A DNA stretch of 63,678 nt, filler included, from Conidiobolus incongruus B7586 (Eukaryota), in assembly GCA_000697335.1 (NCBI GenBank). It is 8 parts of 8 records of this genome, joined end to end, with 100 filler letters (N's around TTAATTAATTAA, not from the genome) between each part and the next. Parts side by side here need not be neighbours in the genome. Positions count along the whole stretch, not along the records: positions 25,481 to 27,158 come from JNEM01006145.1; positions 27,259 to 49,877 come from JNEM01006146.1; 6 more parts are not named here. The stretch is one strand, 5' to 3'. The notes below the pieces were generated by a model. The model did not search any database. It worked only from the letters and a program-made list of their open reading frames with translations, and was not told where the DNA came from. Positions 25,632-39,770 of the stretch are shown piece by piece (within the stretch, counting starts at the first letter, position 1; each line of letters starts with the position of its first letter). Position numbers and translations under genes: made by a program.

Positions 25632-27153
25632 CACTAGCCTGAAAAATAAAGTTATAAAATCAAAATTACTTAAATATTTACTTATATCTTAAATAATTCT
25701 TAATTAAATAAATTTAAATTAAAATATATAATTTACCTATATTAATTAATTATAACAAATTATATTTGATTATATTTCATTAGCTATTGGTTAATATATC
25801 AAAATTTAAAATTTAACTAAGGTGAGTTATAAATTTGTGGGTTTATAAGTTAAGGGGGTATAAATAACAAAACTTATATATATATATTTTTTCTTTTATT
25901 ATTATATATATATTATAAAACTATTAAGCTAATATTTCAAAATTAATATTATAATGCCTAAATCTCTCTCTAAAAAAATTTACTTATGTATTAATTAACT
26001 TCATAATAAAAATAAATTAACTTGTAAGATTGTTAAAATTACTAGTGCTAGCTAATTTACAATAGCTAGGGTTATTAAGAATAATATTAAAAAACACCTA
26101 AATTAAAACTTAAGTATATTAAGATTATAGATAAGTATGATGAAAAATATATTTATAGATTAGTTAGTATAGGTAAGTATAATATTGTTATAAAAGTATA
26201 ATAAGAATTACAAAACTATATCAGAATATTAGTTAGTACTAATACTATTATATATGTTTTATATTAAAATAAATACTGTTTATATTTTAAGAAAAGACAC
26301 CCCTAACTAAAAAAGTCCTATTTTAAATTAGATGGGAGTTTAAATGTCAACACTAAAGTTGAATTAAAATTAACTAGAGTAAGGTTATTTAGTTTAATAA
26401 AACAAAAATATATCTTAATAAATTTAATAGAAAAGTTAGATATTTCAAAAAAGATAAAGTATTACTTTATAACCATTATATTATTATAACCCAAAAATAT
26501 AATAATGGGTTAATTATAGTTTAGGGATATATGTTATCTTCAGGTATAAAATATCTTTATAGGGTTGATAGGGGAATTAATGCTGAAATATATCAAAATA
26601 TTCTAAATAATAAAATGAAAAAAAAACTATTAAATGATATAAATTAAAAAAATCAAATATTATTTTCTAACAAGATAATACACCTTGTTATATTATAAAT
26701 TTTATTATTAAATGGCTTAAAAGTAACAAAATAACTATTATGAAATAGCCTCTTTAATCTTTTAATCTTAACCTAATTGAATATCTTTGGGATCAACTAA
26801 AAAAATCAATTAAAGCTTTCCCCTTAGCAAAAAATTTAAATTAACTTTAAGAGTATATTTAAGAAACTTAGAATAATATTAGTCTTGCCTAATATAAAAA
26901 GCTAGTTGACTTTATACCCTATAAACTTAAAGAAGTTAAAAAAACAAAAGATGGATATACTAGATATTAATTTTTCTATCAATACTAAAACTTGCAAATT
27001 TATAACTTATTTTAGATATATTTTTAATTTTAATATATCAATTAATATATTAATTATATAGTTTAATATAAATTTATTTAAATTAGAATTGATTAAGATA
27101 TTAATAAAAATATATAAATTTTTAATTTTATGACTCACTTTTATGGGTTAGTG
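25632..27153 (+). mobile_element. Full-length Tc1/mariner (DD34E) DNA transposon, hypermutated
   Basis: TA-flanked TIRs (TA|CACTAGCCTGAAAAATAAAGTTATAAAAT ... ATTTTATGACTCACTTTTATGGGTTAGTG|TA). The dead transposase 25954-26970 spans 339 codons with QDNTPCY...W...K*PL*SFNLNLIEYLWDQLK (= QDNAPCH...WPxQSPDLNPIEHLW), 34 aa between D and E. Confidence 0.92.
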
Positions 27154-28089
27154 TATATNNNNNNNNNNNNNNNNNNNNNNNNNNNNNNNNNNNNNNNNNN
27201 NNTTAATTAATTAANNNNNNNNNNNNNNNNNNNNNNNNNNNNNNNNNNNNNNNNNNNNCCTTTATTAAATAATTTAAAAGGGAGACATGGTTGAATAAAG
27301 CATAAAATAAACATAGACTTATATTTTACCTTAAAAAAAGAAAAAAAACCAACAATATTAATATATTTTATTATAAAAATAAATTTGAATATTAAAATAT
27401 ATATATATATATATAAATCAAATTATTTAAAATATATAAATTTTTAAAATATAAGCTATTGCAAATATTATTGATATTAAGCAAAGGTATTATATAATAT
27501 TATAGTAGTGTTTTGATCACTTATAATAAATAAAATCTTATATTTAATATATTAAATTTAATCCTAAATTTTTTGTAATATATAACAGGTTTGAAAAATT
27601 ATAACAATACTATATATAGAAAATCTACAAATTATCAACAAAATTGAGAGTATATTATTGGAGTATTAATAATATTCAATTATTACAATATCATCTAAAA
27701 CAAGTTTAACATAATAAATCTGCAATCATTTTTTAAAAAGGTATTCTACTTTATTTGAAATAATTTTTTATATTGAATATAATGCTCTCAATTGGTGAAT
27801 ATTTTCCAAAGATTAAGATTTTACCATTATGTTATAATTTTGGTTTGTTGATTTGAAATTCGTAAATAGAAAATATAACATTAATCAAAATAATATTACA
27901 ATCGAATGTGTTTGTAGCTTATGCGTATGCATTTTTTATTATAAAAGTAATGTGAAATATACTCAAAATGTTGATTGTATTCGGTTTAATATCCCACAAT
28001 TTTAGTATTTATACAATAAAACAAAAGTCTCATTTTGTTGTATTAACAAAATTACAAATGTTAAAAATAAGATAATAAAATTTTTGAAA

Positions 28090-29161
28090 ATGTTATATGT
28101 TATTGGACTTGGTTTATGTGATGAAGAAGATATCACTTTAAAAGGGTTAAAGGCTATTCAAAGCTGTGAAAGAATATATTTAGAAGCATATACCAGTATT
28201 CTTATGGTTGAGAAGGAGAGACTAGTAAATATAGATCCAATTTCAAAAAATAATAATATTAATGATAATTATATTAGGAAAAACTCTATGGAAAAGAAAT
28301 CATCGTTGCTGATCGTGAAATGGTTGAATCCGAGTGTGATAAAATCTTAGAAGGTGCTGATCAAATCAACGTTGCATTTTTGGTAGTCGGCGATCCTTTT
28401 GGTGCTACTACCCATTCTGATCTCTGCATTAGAGCCAAAGAATTGAACATTGAAGTCAAATGTATCCATAATGCTTCTATCATGAACGCCATTGGTGCTT
28501 GTGGTCTTCAATTATACAACTTTGGTCAAGCTGTTTCCATTGTATTCTTTACTGAAACCTGGAGACCTGATTCATTTTATCAACGCATCCAAGTGAATCG
28601 TCAAGCAGGAATGCATACTTTGTGCTTATTAGGTATAACTTTATTTTGATAAGTTATTTCATTTATCCTGATATTCAATTCAATATAATAGATATTAAGG
28701 TCAAGGAACAATCCATTGAAAACATGGCCAGGTAATATCATTAATGCTTGTTCATATATATCTCTATTAAATGAATGTTACAGAGGCAGAAAGATTTATG
28801 AACCTCCAAGGTACATGACTGTGAATACTGCTGTCGAGCAACTATTGGAAGTTGAAGAAAAGCTTCAATTAGGAGGTATTTTTTACTGAAATTATTTGGA
28901 AGATATTACTCAACAAACATATTAGCTTATAATGAAGATACCCTTGCCATTGGTGTTGCTCGCATTGGATCTACTGACCAAAAGATGGTTTCTGGAACTC
29001 TTAAACAACTGCTCGATATTGACTTTGGTGCTCCTCTTCATTCATTGGTGATCATTGGATCCCAAATTCACTTTTTAGAAGCCTATTATCTCCGTCAATT
29101 TGCTGTAGATGTTGAGAGTTTGAATATGATCCTTAAACGTGATTATAACTTAAAGGAATAG
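28090..29161 (+). CDS. DPH5: Diphthine methyl ester synthase, ~5 exons
   Basis: [89 protein letters not shown]; stop TAG 29159-29161. Confidence 0.95.
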
Positions 29162-30344
29162 ATGTAGATTTTGATTTTTTATATCCTTTAAATTTATTAA
29201 GGTACTATAACTGTATTAAATATGGAATAGGACTATTGTTATAGAATATTTATATTTTACATTTTTATCATTCAATATATTGAAGGCTACTCTTGCTATT
29301 CAAAATATATGCTATTAAATTTTATTCGATATTTGAATGTTCTGTTAAAAAATATAAATGCAATTATTCAGAATAAATCAAATATAGCTTTTACTATTAA
29401 AATTTCTGCAAAGATAAACATTATGTAATAATAATTCTTTAGTTGTTCATTATGCTATTTACCCATACAATCAAACATTATTGTATTTGATATAACAAAG
29501 TAGAAATCCATTTATATCAAATTTATATTAGTATTAAATGATTATAGTCATTGTTTATTATTATCAAACATCATTTTTCAATTTTGTAAATATAATACTC
29601 AATCGCTTGAAATTTAGTGTTAAACTATGCCTAGATGATTTAAAAAATTACATGTCAATTGAAATAATAATATTTCTCAATTTAAACATCCTTTTTCGAA
29701 TAATAAGATCCATGCTTATAGCATATTCCAAAACTTCAATTCGATAACAGTGCAATTATTTATTTGATTGAATTTCTAACTTGAAAAATTTTAGTTGGTT
29801 AAAATATGTTTTCTGATCATTAATTATATATTTCAGACAGTTTTCAGATTATAGCTTAAATTGACTTTAAATTTAGAATTTTTCAATCATTATATTTACA
29901 AAGATCATAATCAAAAGATGAAATAAGTATAGTTATTATTTGATTGATATTCCAAAATATTAATTGATTTTCATTTGTATAAGAGAAAAATTGTTGGGTC
30001 AGCTTACAATTTGCACTTACGATAGTCTTAATTAATGAGATTTAATCTCTAAGATGTAGCATTATATTAACTAAAAATTGATTAATCATAACCTCAGAGA
30101 TGTCTTTCAATTAATATATATATATATATATAATTACTACCAAATTATAAAATACACACCTAATTGGTTTAATATATTTCAATAAACCAAATCATTAAAT
30201 TGATATTGAAAATAATGAAATTTTATTAATCCCATAAATCAAACATCAGGAATGATCACATGAACCCTCATAAATATAAGTGAATGTATTGACATTGATT
30301 TGAGACTACTAGGAATTTTCATTCATTTTGTTACCAAAAAGCAA

Positions 30345-31134
30345 ATGTCAGGAATCTGTTTAAGTAGACTTACTGAAGAACGTAAACAGTGGAGAAAGGA
30401 TCATCCCCATGTATTTTAGCATATTTCCCTCTAAAGATATCATTGTCATACTAATCTCTACCTTTAGGGATTTTATGCCAAACCTGCCAAAAAGGCAGAT
30501 TCCACTTTAGATTTAATGACTTGGGAATGTGGTATCCCAGGGAAGAGTAACGTAATTATCTGTATAAATATATTTTGCGTCTATTATTTATTAACTGTCT
30601 CTTAGACTCCTTGGGCCAATGGTCTATATAAATTAACAATGTATTTCTCTGAAGGTACGTGCAAATATTCTTTTTTTTATATCAAGCTAATTTCGTTATA
30701 GATTATCCTGCAAAACCTCCTAAATGTAAATTACTTTTACTCGATATTATTCATATTATTGATTAATTATTAGGCAAATTTACACCGCCCTTATTCCATC
30801 CTAATGTTTATCCTTCAGGAACAGTATGCCTATCTATTTTAGATGAAGATGGAGGCTGGAAGCCTTCTATTACAGTTAAACAGGTAAATGTTGATACTTA
30901 CTATTATTCTACATTTATCTGACTTTATCTATAGATTTTATTAGGTATTCAGGATCTATTGAATTCTCCTAACGAGCTCTCTCCTGCTCAACATGAGGCT
31001 TTTAATTTATATAGGTATTATAGTTTAATTTTAATATTATTTCATTTACTTAAATTTCTTCAATTTATAGAAAAGATTTAGATGCATATGAAAAGCGGGT
31101 TCGTCAACAAGCAAGAGAAAACCCAATTCAATAA
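30345..31134 (+). CDS. UBC9: SUMO-conjugating E2 enzyme Ubc9, 7 exons (not in ORF track)
   Basis: Spliced translation [28 protein letters not shown]...[47 protein letters not shown]...[24 protein letters not shown]/...YEKRVRQQA; all introns GT-AG. Confidence 0.96.
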
Positions 31135-33282
31135 TAATATTTTTGATACCCTAACAATATGTTTAATCATTTACTGTTATGATAAATATATCCATAATTT
31201 TGTTAATGATTATTGATAACTATCATTATATTTTATTTTTAATGATGCATAATTTGCTTTTAATGCTTTTTACATCCATTGACATTGGATTATTAGATTT
31301 ATGGTCATATTCTAGGTATAAAGTTGGTATACTAAATCATTCAATTGTATTTAATATAGGACTAAATCTTAAAAGCCTTACCACAACAATCTATATTACT
31401 CAATATCATATACATATTGCTTTATTTTTTAAATCAACTATAAACAAAAGTGTTTAAATATTAATAAAATTAAGTTAAAATGTGATTTAATATTTATATA
31501 TACTATGGATATTAAATCATTATTAATCTCAAATTTGAAAGTATGCCAAACATATATTTATTATTTTTATCAAATACAAAAACAATTCTCTAATATAAAT
31601 CAGATATTTTGTTTTGAGACTATATTTTACTATTTTCTCTCAGTTTATCAAATTCAAGACAATTGTAAACTTTACAGTGATAGACTATCAAAATAATTCA
31701 TGGACTGTTAAGTATATTAATAGAATTTAATATTTTTATAAGATATATTTAATAACTTATGAAAATCAATATAAAGTAGCTTAGATATTTTAGAATTTAA
31801 TCAATATAGTGAATGTATTAGAAAATTAATAATTAAATGTTTCAAATAGTTATAGCTTTATTTCATTTGAAAATACAGAATAGGTGTATAAATTTTAAAT
31901 ATTTTTCATTATTAAGAAAATTCAATATGATATTTAAAAATTTAGAATAATTTTAAAAATATTATCAAATCAAAATATCCAAGAAATATATTTACCGTAA
32001 CATTAAACCACAAAATATTGGTGAATTTTAGGTTTTATATTATATGAATGTCAATTCTAACTTGTTGATAACTAAGTATATTCAATATAATTTTAATTAT
32101 AAATTTAGCAAATTTAAAAATTAAGTATGTATCAAATGGTGATAAAATTCAACTCTATATGAAAATAGGCTAAATAATTAAAATTAATAAATTTTTATTC
32201 ATATTAATATTGATGAAAATTTGATTAGATTTAGAGAATGAGATAGAATCATGTCTATCACGATTGTATCAAACTCCAATCACTAGTCAGAAATGCTACT
32301 ATTACAATCTTCTAACAGCCTGCCCCCAAGAGTATAGTGAATATAGCTCAGATATCAGTAATTTTTAAAAGATCCATATTCACCAAAGCAATATCCGTTT
32401 TAAGTCAACAGAATAATGGATCAGTCCATGCTAATTTTAATTATCTTTATCTGCAGCAAATCTATACAAGCTATGAACAAGCATATTTCTCAAATATTCC
32501 TATGTTTCTGTTCTTTAAGAGATTTATTTCTATCATCATAGATACTAGGCTCAGTATCAGAGAATAGGATGTCATTTAAAAGCAAACTAATGTGGGCCAA
32601 GTTCATCTATGGATGGCATATATAATATGTGCTATATTTAATGTAGCTAGATCAGGGTAATTTTTCTACTTATACATATTATCCAAAACTAGTTTGTTTA
32701 AAGTATAATTTATGAGTATTATTTCGAAAATTATATAGAAACAATATCATCTGGTGCTTCTATTAAAATTAAAATTTATAATCAATTAAAGGTAAAATTA
32801 ATTTACTTTTTAAAATTTATTCATTATTCTTAATCTATTTTTTAGAATATCTTATATGTATGAAAAACTAATATGTTCATCTCATTATCATATAATAAAT
32901 AAAATAATGAAAGCTTATATTATCAAAGCTATTAATGGTACCAATTCAAACTGATTTTTATATTGTCGTAAATCATAAAATGCTAAAATTAATTTATTTG
33001 TTACTAAGATAATTAAGCATTATATGGTTTAATATAAAATGATTGGTAGAGTATAACTGAGACAATGTAAATTATTGATAATAGAGGGAATATAATATAT
33101 CAATTATGTATTAAATTTCAATATCTCAAATTTGAATAAAAAAATCATATAATTAATATTGATGACAATATACATTTTAATAAATCAAATGACATTAATT
33201 ATAATAGACATATAAATTATAAATTATATTTATTGACAAGATGATTGATATTGCTTCTAAGATAAATTCAATATGAACTGAT

Positions 33283-36200
33283 TTATAATTGACCCATTTG
33301 GTTGATTAATTCAGGTGTAAGTTGATCGGAGTGTTGCTTAAGCATTAAATCAAAGAGATTTTGAACTTCTTGGAGATGGGGCTGAATGGCAGGGTGTCCA
33401 CCACGAATCAATTGAATCAAGCAGGTGTAAACGGGTACATTTTCGTTGTAATCAGCCTTCAAGGGTAAAGTGCGTAAAACAACGGGAAGAACATCAGACA
33501 AGGGGACAGCATCAGGACGAGCCATGATCATTCTACAAACAGCACCACAGGCGTTGTCGGTGATGTTGGGAACGGGTTGGTTGTTGAACAAGGGAGATAA
33601 TAATTGGAGGAGAGCAGGGTATTGGCTGGAGATATCCTTTCCAGTATTGGCACATAAGGTTCCAACACCATAAGCAGCGTTGGAGCGAACTTCAGGATCG
33701 GCATCAGTAAGGGCGCGTTGGAAAACTTGAAGCAAGTCATCAGTGAAATCAGTAATAGATCCCTTAGTGAAGTCGGCCAACTCACCAAAAGTAGCAATGG
33801 CAGTAGCTCTTTCGCTAGAGGGCTTGCTTTCATCAGCATATTTGCGGATTTCGGGATAGAATTGAGGAATGTAAGGAAGGAAAGAATTGGCAAGGACCTT
33901 AGAAATTCTACCAAGTAAATCACAGGCGGCAGAGATAACCAAGGAATCTTGTTCAGCAACTTCATTAGGATCTTCAGCTTCAAGATCTTCTTCATCATCT
34001 TGTTGGATTTGACACAAATGTTCGCGTTTGAATAACTTCAAAAGCATGGGGCAAAGTTCTTGCAAATGATTTTCAATCAAAGCAGGTCCAACGGTATCAA
34101 GAGCATTAAGGATTTCATTGCAAATGTGAACAACAACCAAGCGTTCTTCTTCTTCTTGTAAGATTTGAAGGATGTGATTCATGGTTTCAGCAATGATGGC
34201 AGCAGTGTTGCTATCAACAGGTTTTTGAACAGGAAGACCAGGGATGTATTCACCATTATTACCCAAGTTGTAGTAATTGATAACAAATTGGAGTAAACAA
34301 GAAATAGCACTTCTACGAAGTCCTTCGCTGAAGTGAGTAGTGGCCTTGATAAGTTCTTTGTAAACTTCATTGACATAGGGAATAAATTGGCTTCCTAAAT
34401 TTTCGAAAACTTCAGCAATGACATCAACAACAATTTCTTTTTCTTGAGCAACAGCAGAGTAAGCTTCAAAGCGAGCTTCATCATCATCAGTATCATCATC
34501 GTCATCATCATCTAAAGGCTCATCAGTTTCACTTTGACGAAGAGATTTGAAGATTTCGGGCATAATGGAAGGAAGTGATTCGGCAACTTCAGCACCAAAG
34601 ACACGGGTCATAATACCATAGAAGCAGAAAGCAGAGTCGCGTAATTTACCACCAGGGATGTTTAAGCCTTCCAAAGAGAGTCTGAGTAATTCAGCAGCAT
34701 AAGGACGGAAAATTTCTTTGCCAACGGCATCAGCAATAGCACCAGCAGCGTCGGTGGCAGCAGCACGCTCATTTAATAAATCAAAATTTTCATTTTCATC
34801 AGCGCTAGTTGGTTTCAAAGCCATGAATTGAGCAAGACGTTCAATAACAGAAGGGAAATAGGGAACAAAGGCGGATCCAGAAGAACGAGCAGCAGATCCT
34901 AAAGTTCCAAGAGCAAGACCCTTAACAATAGAAGAGGCAGGAGAGTTTAATACATTGCCAATTTGTTCCATTAAGGTGGGTAAATAGCCTTGAACGGGTT
35001 CACTTTCCATACCTTCAACAATGGCATCTAAAGCATTCCATACATACTTAAGAACTAATTTGTTATTATCCTGGGTCAATTGGAAGAGAGGAGGCATAAG
35101 ACTGCTGTGATATTGAGTGATTTCAGTCTGTAATTCTTCAGCAATGTAAGATAAAGCCAAACAAGCGGCTTTACGAACGCTGGGATGAGAGTCTTGGAGT
35201 CCATTAACAATCAAAGGAAGGAAATCGGGCATACGAGGTTGCAAATAGTCAGAACAGCCTTCAATAGCACATCCAACAACCATTAAAGCAGCTTTGCGAT
35301 AACCAGGTTCGGCATGGTTGGAGAAGGAAATAACCTTGGGGGCAATGTTGTTGAAAATAACTTCAGGAGAAAAATGAGTAGTCAAAGTGGCAAGAAGGCT
35401 TAAAACGGTGCCAGCGGGACTAGAGTGGTCAGGATCCTCATCATCTTCTTCATCATCATCTTCGGTAGCGACAGTCATGATCATATCAAGAAGGGGTTGG
35501 AGAAGATTATGCTTACGAATGGCTTTCTTCTTATATTCTAAAGCAAAGAAGAGGTAGTTGAAAGCTTGGATTCTGATACCATCAGCAATGTTGGTGCTGT
35601 AACCGGTTTGAATAAGGAACTCGGTCAATTCTTTAAAGTGGGGGGATAAAAAGCTGATTTCACTCAATAGTAAATCTTCAAAAACTTCAATGACAGAGGA
35701 AGCACCATTCTCATCACCTTGGTTGATGGCATGTTGCAAAACTTGGACAATGGTGGGGATTTGACCTTGAACAAGATGAACCAATTCACCATGTACACTA
35801 GGATCAATGAATTCGCAAGATTTTCCAAGGGCTTGAGCAGAAGCGATTCTAACAGTTTGAGAATCAGGATCAGATAAAGTGCGAACTAAAAGTTCTAAGA
35901 TTTGAGGTAAGCTAGAAGTCAAGTCGTCATTGACACATTCTAGTAGAACATAAAGAAGTTGAACTCCAATTTCACGATGTTCAGCGTTATGGCTATTTAC
36001 ACATTGAACAATGAAATCAAACAAGTTGGGCCATTCATTTTTGCTGATATCAATCTCAGCAATAGCTGAAATGACACGAGCGAGAGACTGACGAGGAGCC
36101 TTTCTAATATAAAAGTGAGAAAAATACAAATAATAATAAAAGCTTGGCTTACTCAGTTTCTTTTAAAAGCTGATCGGGTAAAAATTTTCTGATTTCATTT

Positions 36201-36557
36201 TTGGTATTGGGATCTATTTCATCCCAGTAGAGAGAAATCTTTTTAGATAATTCAACAGCAGCAAGTTGACGGACATTAGGATTAGATGAGCTTTGGATCA
36301 ATGTAATGAATGAAACAATGCAATTAGAGCTGTTTAAATATTCTTTCTTCAAGATATCTGAAGCCTATTTATCAAAATGAATATTTTAATACACGATTTA
36401 AGCTCAAAGGAAGTTACTTGTTGAATTTCTTCTGAGGAGGTTCCAACGGAGCTGATTCTAGCTAAGACTTCTTCCAAGCGAGCAATGTATTGATCCTAAA
36501 TCTTTGGTAAATAATATGTGGCGAATTATTGAGTAACTTGAATACCTGAATAGACAT
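33283..36557 (-). CDS. KAP123: Importin-4 / karyopherin Kap123 (HEAT repeats), 4 exons
   Basis: Short first coding exon MSIQ (36557-36546), IBN_N motif VRQLAAVEL, HEAT repeats (AIEGC, VRKAACLALS, VRSNAAYGVG, DNACGAVCRMI, LPLKADYNEN). Confidence 0.9.
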
Positions 36558-37829
36558 CGTGAATATGTACACTAATTATTTATAATATAAAGAAGGGAAA
36601 TGTATGAGTGATAAGAAGATTCTATAATAAAGATGTGTCTGATAATTCTGTTAAGAATCAATCTATACTCACCTCACACTACATCAATAATCTCTTTAAA
36701 TTGGATTATAAATTCCCACAAATGATGCTTTCGTAAAATTTTTACATATATTAAATTTAACATTCAACACCTTTCTCAGATAAACCACATTTAGACTAAA
36801 ATTCTATTATATTATTTTGATTGGTTAGTTCACTGAATTCTAGTTTCTTAAACTCATTCAATAAAAATCATTATCTACAATTGATTATTTATATATAAAA
36901 TTATCTATCATCTTTCATTATTTGTAATTTGTTTCTTCCTCTAATTAAGTTATTTTAGTCTTTTGGCTTTTCCCAATCCCTTTATATAACATATCATCAA
37001 GGTTTATTATTTTAACATTAAATCTATTTGAGAATTTGTAAAACATAATAAATTTCCATTGAAAATTATTTTAGCATAATAATTCTGTTTATTGATTTTC
37101 TATTTAGCTCTTTCCACACTTAATATAATCTTTAATGAATATCGTCTAATATAAATAAATATTATTTTGTTTGATTAATTAAATTACAAACGATCTTACC
37201 TCAATATAATTTTCAAGATATCTGAATCTATCTTAAATAATATTCCTAATAAATCATTGAATTCAATTCAAATTTACTTCACCTTGGTATTTAAATTCAA
37301 GATATCTTGCTACTATATTAAGTTGATTGTAATGGAATAAAATTTTAATTTACTTTACTATTTCTTTGTATAAAATATATCTCAATCGCTTGATTCCTTT
37401 TATTTACCTATTATTCTCTATGGTTTTACAATATGTACTGTTTTGCTCTTGTATAATTGCTATCATTTGTAAAATATTAAAATAAAAACTTGATCTTTTA
37501 TATTATCTACATATCAAAATATATAATATAATAAATGGTTTAAAATTAATTTAATTTCAAAAAAACGTCATACCCTAAGTTCTCAAACAACATTATACAA
37601 AATTGTATATTTATGAATAAACAATATTGATTTAGTTTAAAAACTAAGAAAAAATATAAATATATCCGTGTGAGAGAATACTAAATGAAATTGAATGAAA
37701 ATACCTAGGGTTGTGAGCAATGAATTAAATATTAGAAGAATAAATAACTTAATATGATAAAATTTTCTAATAATATATTCGGTTGTCAATATTTCAAACT
37801 TTGATATTCGAAAATAAACCAGTGTCACG

Positions 37830-38380
37830 GTTATTAGCTCTTGGAGCGTCATTGAGGACACTGACACAGCCATTCTGTAGGCCAGATTGTGAAACATGAT
37901 ACCTACCAGCTGGGGTAAACTACCAATGATCAGGTCTCTGGCTATTCGGCCTTGATCACTTGTAAATGGGGCTTTGTACAGAGCGACTAGACCAGCAGCA
38001 ACAGTGGCGGCGTTAGGATCCGACATGCTAAGAAGATAGAATCAAGGAATATCAATAGGAACGGATTTAGAAGGATTAGTGTAAAGTGACTCAAGTGGAA
38101 CTATAAGCAGTTACTTGAGTATACCAAAAGGATTGACTTTGGATGTAGGCAAAAGGTTTATTAATGTAGGAAAAGTAAAGTAAGAGAGAGAGGTCAAGAA
38201 GGGAGACGAGCCCTTCTTATACTTAAGTGAAATATATAGGCATAAGTATGCACGGATGAGTAACAGTGAGGTCACTCAGAAGTGGACTGGTAAAATGTTG
38301 ATAAGGCCTAATTTGGTTAATCAGGTACTTAATAGTGAATTGGAGTGAAGAAAGGTATCAGTTAGGTAGCAATCGTCACA
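37830..38380 (-). mobile_element. Putative LTR-retrotransposon 5' LTR plus truncated gag-like ORF (ATG 38026)
   Basis: A GC-elevated block begins TGTGACG on the minus strand at 38380, contains a TATA-like TATAAGAAGGG and AATAAA, then an ORF MSDPNAATVAAG... that dissolves into AT-rich DNA near 37830. Confidence 0.45.
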
Positions 38381-38390
38381 ACCAGGAGTA

Positions 38391-38464
38391 GCTCCCATAG
38401 CTCAGTTGGTTAGAGCGTGGTGCTAATAACGCCAAGGTCACAGGTTCGATCCCTGTTGGGAGCA
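38391..38464 (+). tRNA. tRNA-Ile (anticodon AAT)
   Basis: GCTCCCA acceptor stem pairs with TGGGAGC+A; D-arm AGCTCAGTTGGTTAGAGC; anticodon arm TGGTG-CTAATAA-CGCCA; T-loop GGTTCGATCCC; oligo-T terminator ~38475. Confidence 0.97.
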
Positions 38465-39069
38465 TTACCTTCATTTTTTATATTGATTTCAATTTTTTCT
38501 CACTCTTCTTTATCTTGATAATATATTATTTTAAACCTTATCACAAATGCATCAGTTTTTATTCAATGATAATATAACACCTTATTCCTTAGCTCAATAA
38601 ACCATGGATGCTGTTATGCTTTATCCTCAAATTGTTATATCTTATAGCATTCATATTATAATAATCAGTTATTTGAAAATTTTTTCGGAAAGTATCACAT
38701 AGCTGCTTAAAAAGAATTTGTTAGAATAATTAAGTGTATGTAACTTAAGAAAATCAAATTATTCAAAACAGAGATTGAAATAAATATTAATAAATACATT
38801 AACTAAGCAATAAATACTGTATTTGATTCCAATTCTTTTTCAGCTCAAAAAAAATCAGTATAGCTCCAAGTAATTTGTATTAACAAACGATATTGATTAT
38901 CCTATATAAAATGATTAATCATCTTGTATATTGATTATTTTGAAATTACCTTATTAACCTCAACAATAGGTGTATTAGTGTTTAGTAAGGTAATCTTGCT
39001 ATTTGTTAAATCAAATTGATTCAAATTGGCAACTATATTAAATAGATATCTAAAAATGGATTATCAATT

Positions 39070-39770
39070 TATTCGAATAACATAGATATGGATGCAACTT
39101 CCTTGTGATATTTTGGATGAAACTTGATATTGGATGCATTCGATTTGGAATTGATGAATTTGGATCTCAGTGTGGTATAGTGAGTGGTGATTAAATTTAA
39201 ATGATCCCTTAACTCTCCTAGAACATGTAGCTTTTGTTCTAGAATGGAAGTAATTAATACCGTAAGAGCACTAGATAATTTGAAAATTACCTATTAATTG
39301 TGTTAAGCAGCAATTTTGTGTTTGATCCAAGAAGTTTGATTTGAACAATAAAAAATAGTACTATAAAACTAGACTCAATTATCTGTAAGATTATGGAATA
39401 ATGATTAGAGTATACCCTCATTAATCTGTCTTTGAATTGCATAAATTCATCAAGTTGATTTAAAAGTTGGTCGAATGAATGACTGGGTAATGATAATGTA
39501 TGAGCATCCTAACAACTATAATTGATAATTATACATTAATATAAAAGTGTTTAAAGACCTTTGATACATCTAAATTTAAATCTTTTGCCACATTTTAGAC
39601 GGTTTCAGTATTTAGCTTGTCAGTTGGTATTATTTTATTATGAGTTGAATGTTTCTACGCCACTGTGTTGGAGTGTGCTTTTGTGTGACTGTATTAGCAT
39701 ATTTAGTAAGTTTATCAAAGTGTTTTAATTTAAGATGTTTATCAAATTGCTCTAAATGATTTTTCTTCAT
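39070..39770 (-). pseudogene. Multi-exon gene relic of unknown family
   Basis: ATG at 39770 and several GT-AG-bounded exon-like blocks (e.g. DAHTLSLPSHSFDQLLNQLDEFMQFKDRLMR), but a frame change and internal stop occur in exon 1. Confidence 0.3.

Noticed and set aside
32240..32760. GC-elevated patch containing the 76-aa ORF 32337-32567
   Set aside because: No recognisable motif and stops in all frames. Possibly an old relic but unsupported.
37637..37830. Hydrophobic C-terminal half of the 129-aa ORF 37637-38026 as a membrane protein
   Set aside because: It is read-through into AT-rich flank past the compositional boundary, which yields F/I/L-rich sequence by chance.
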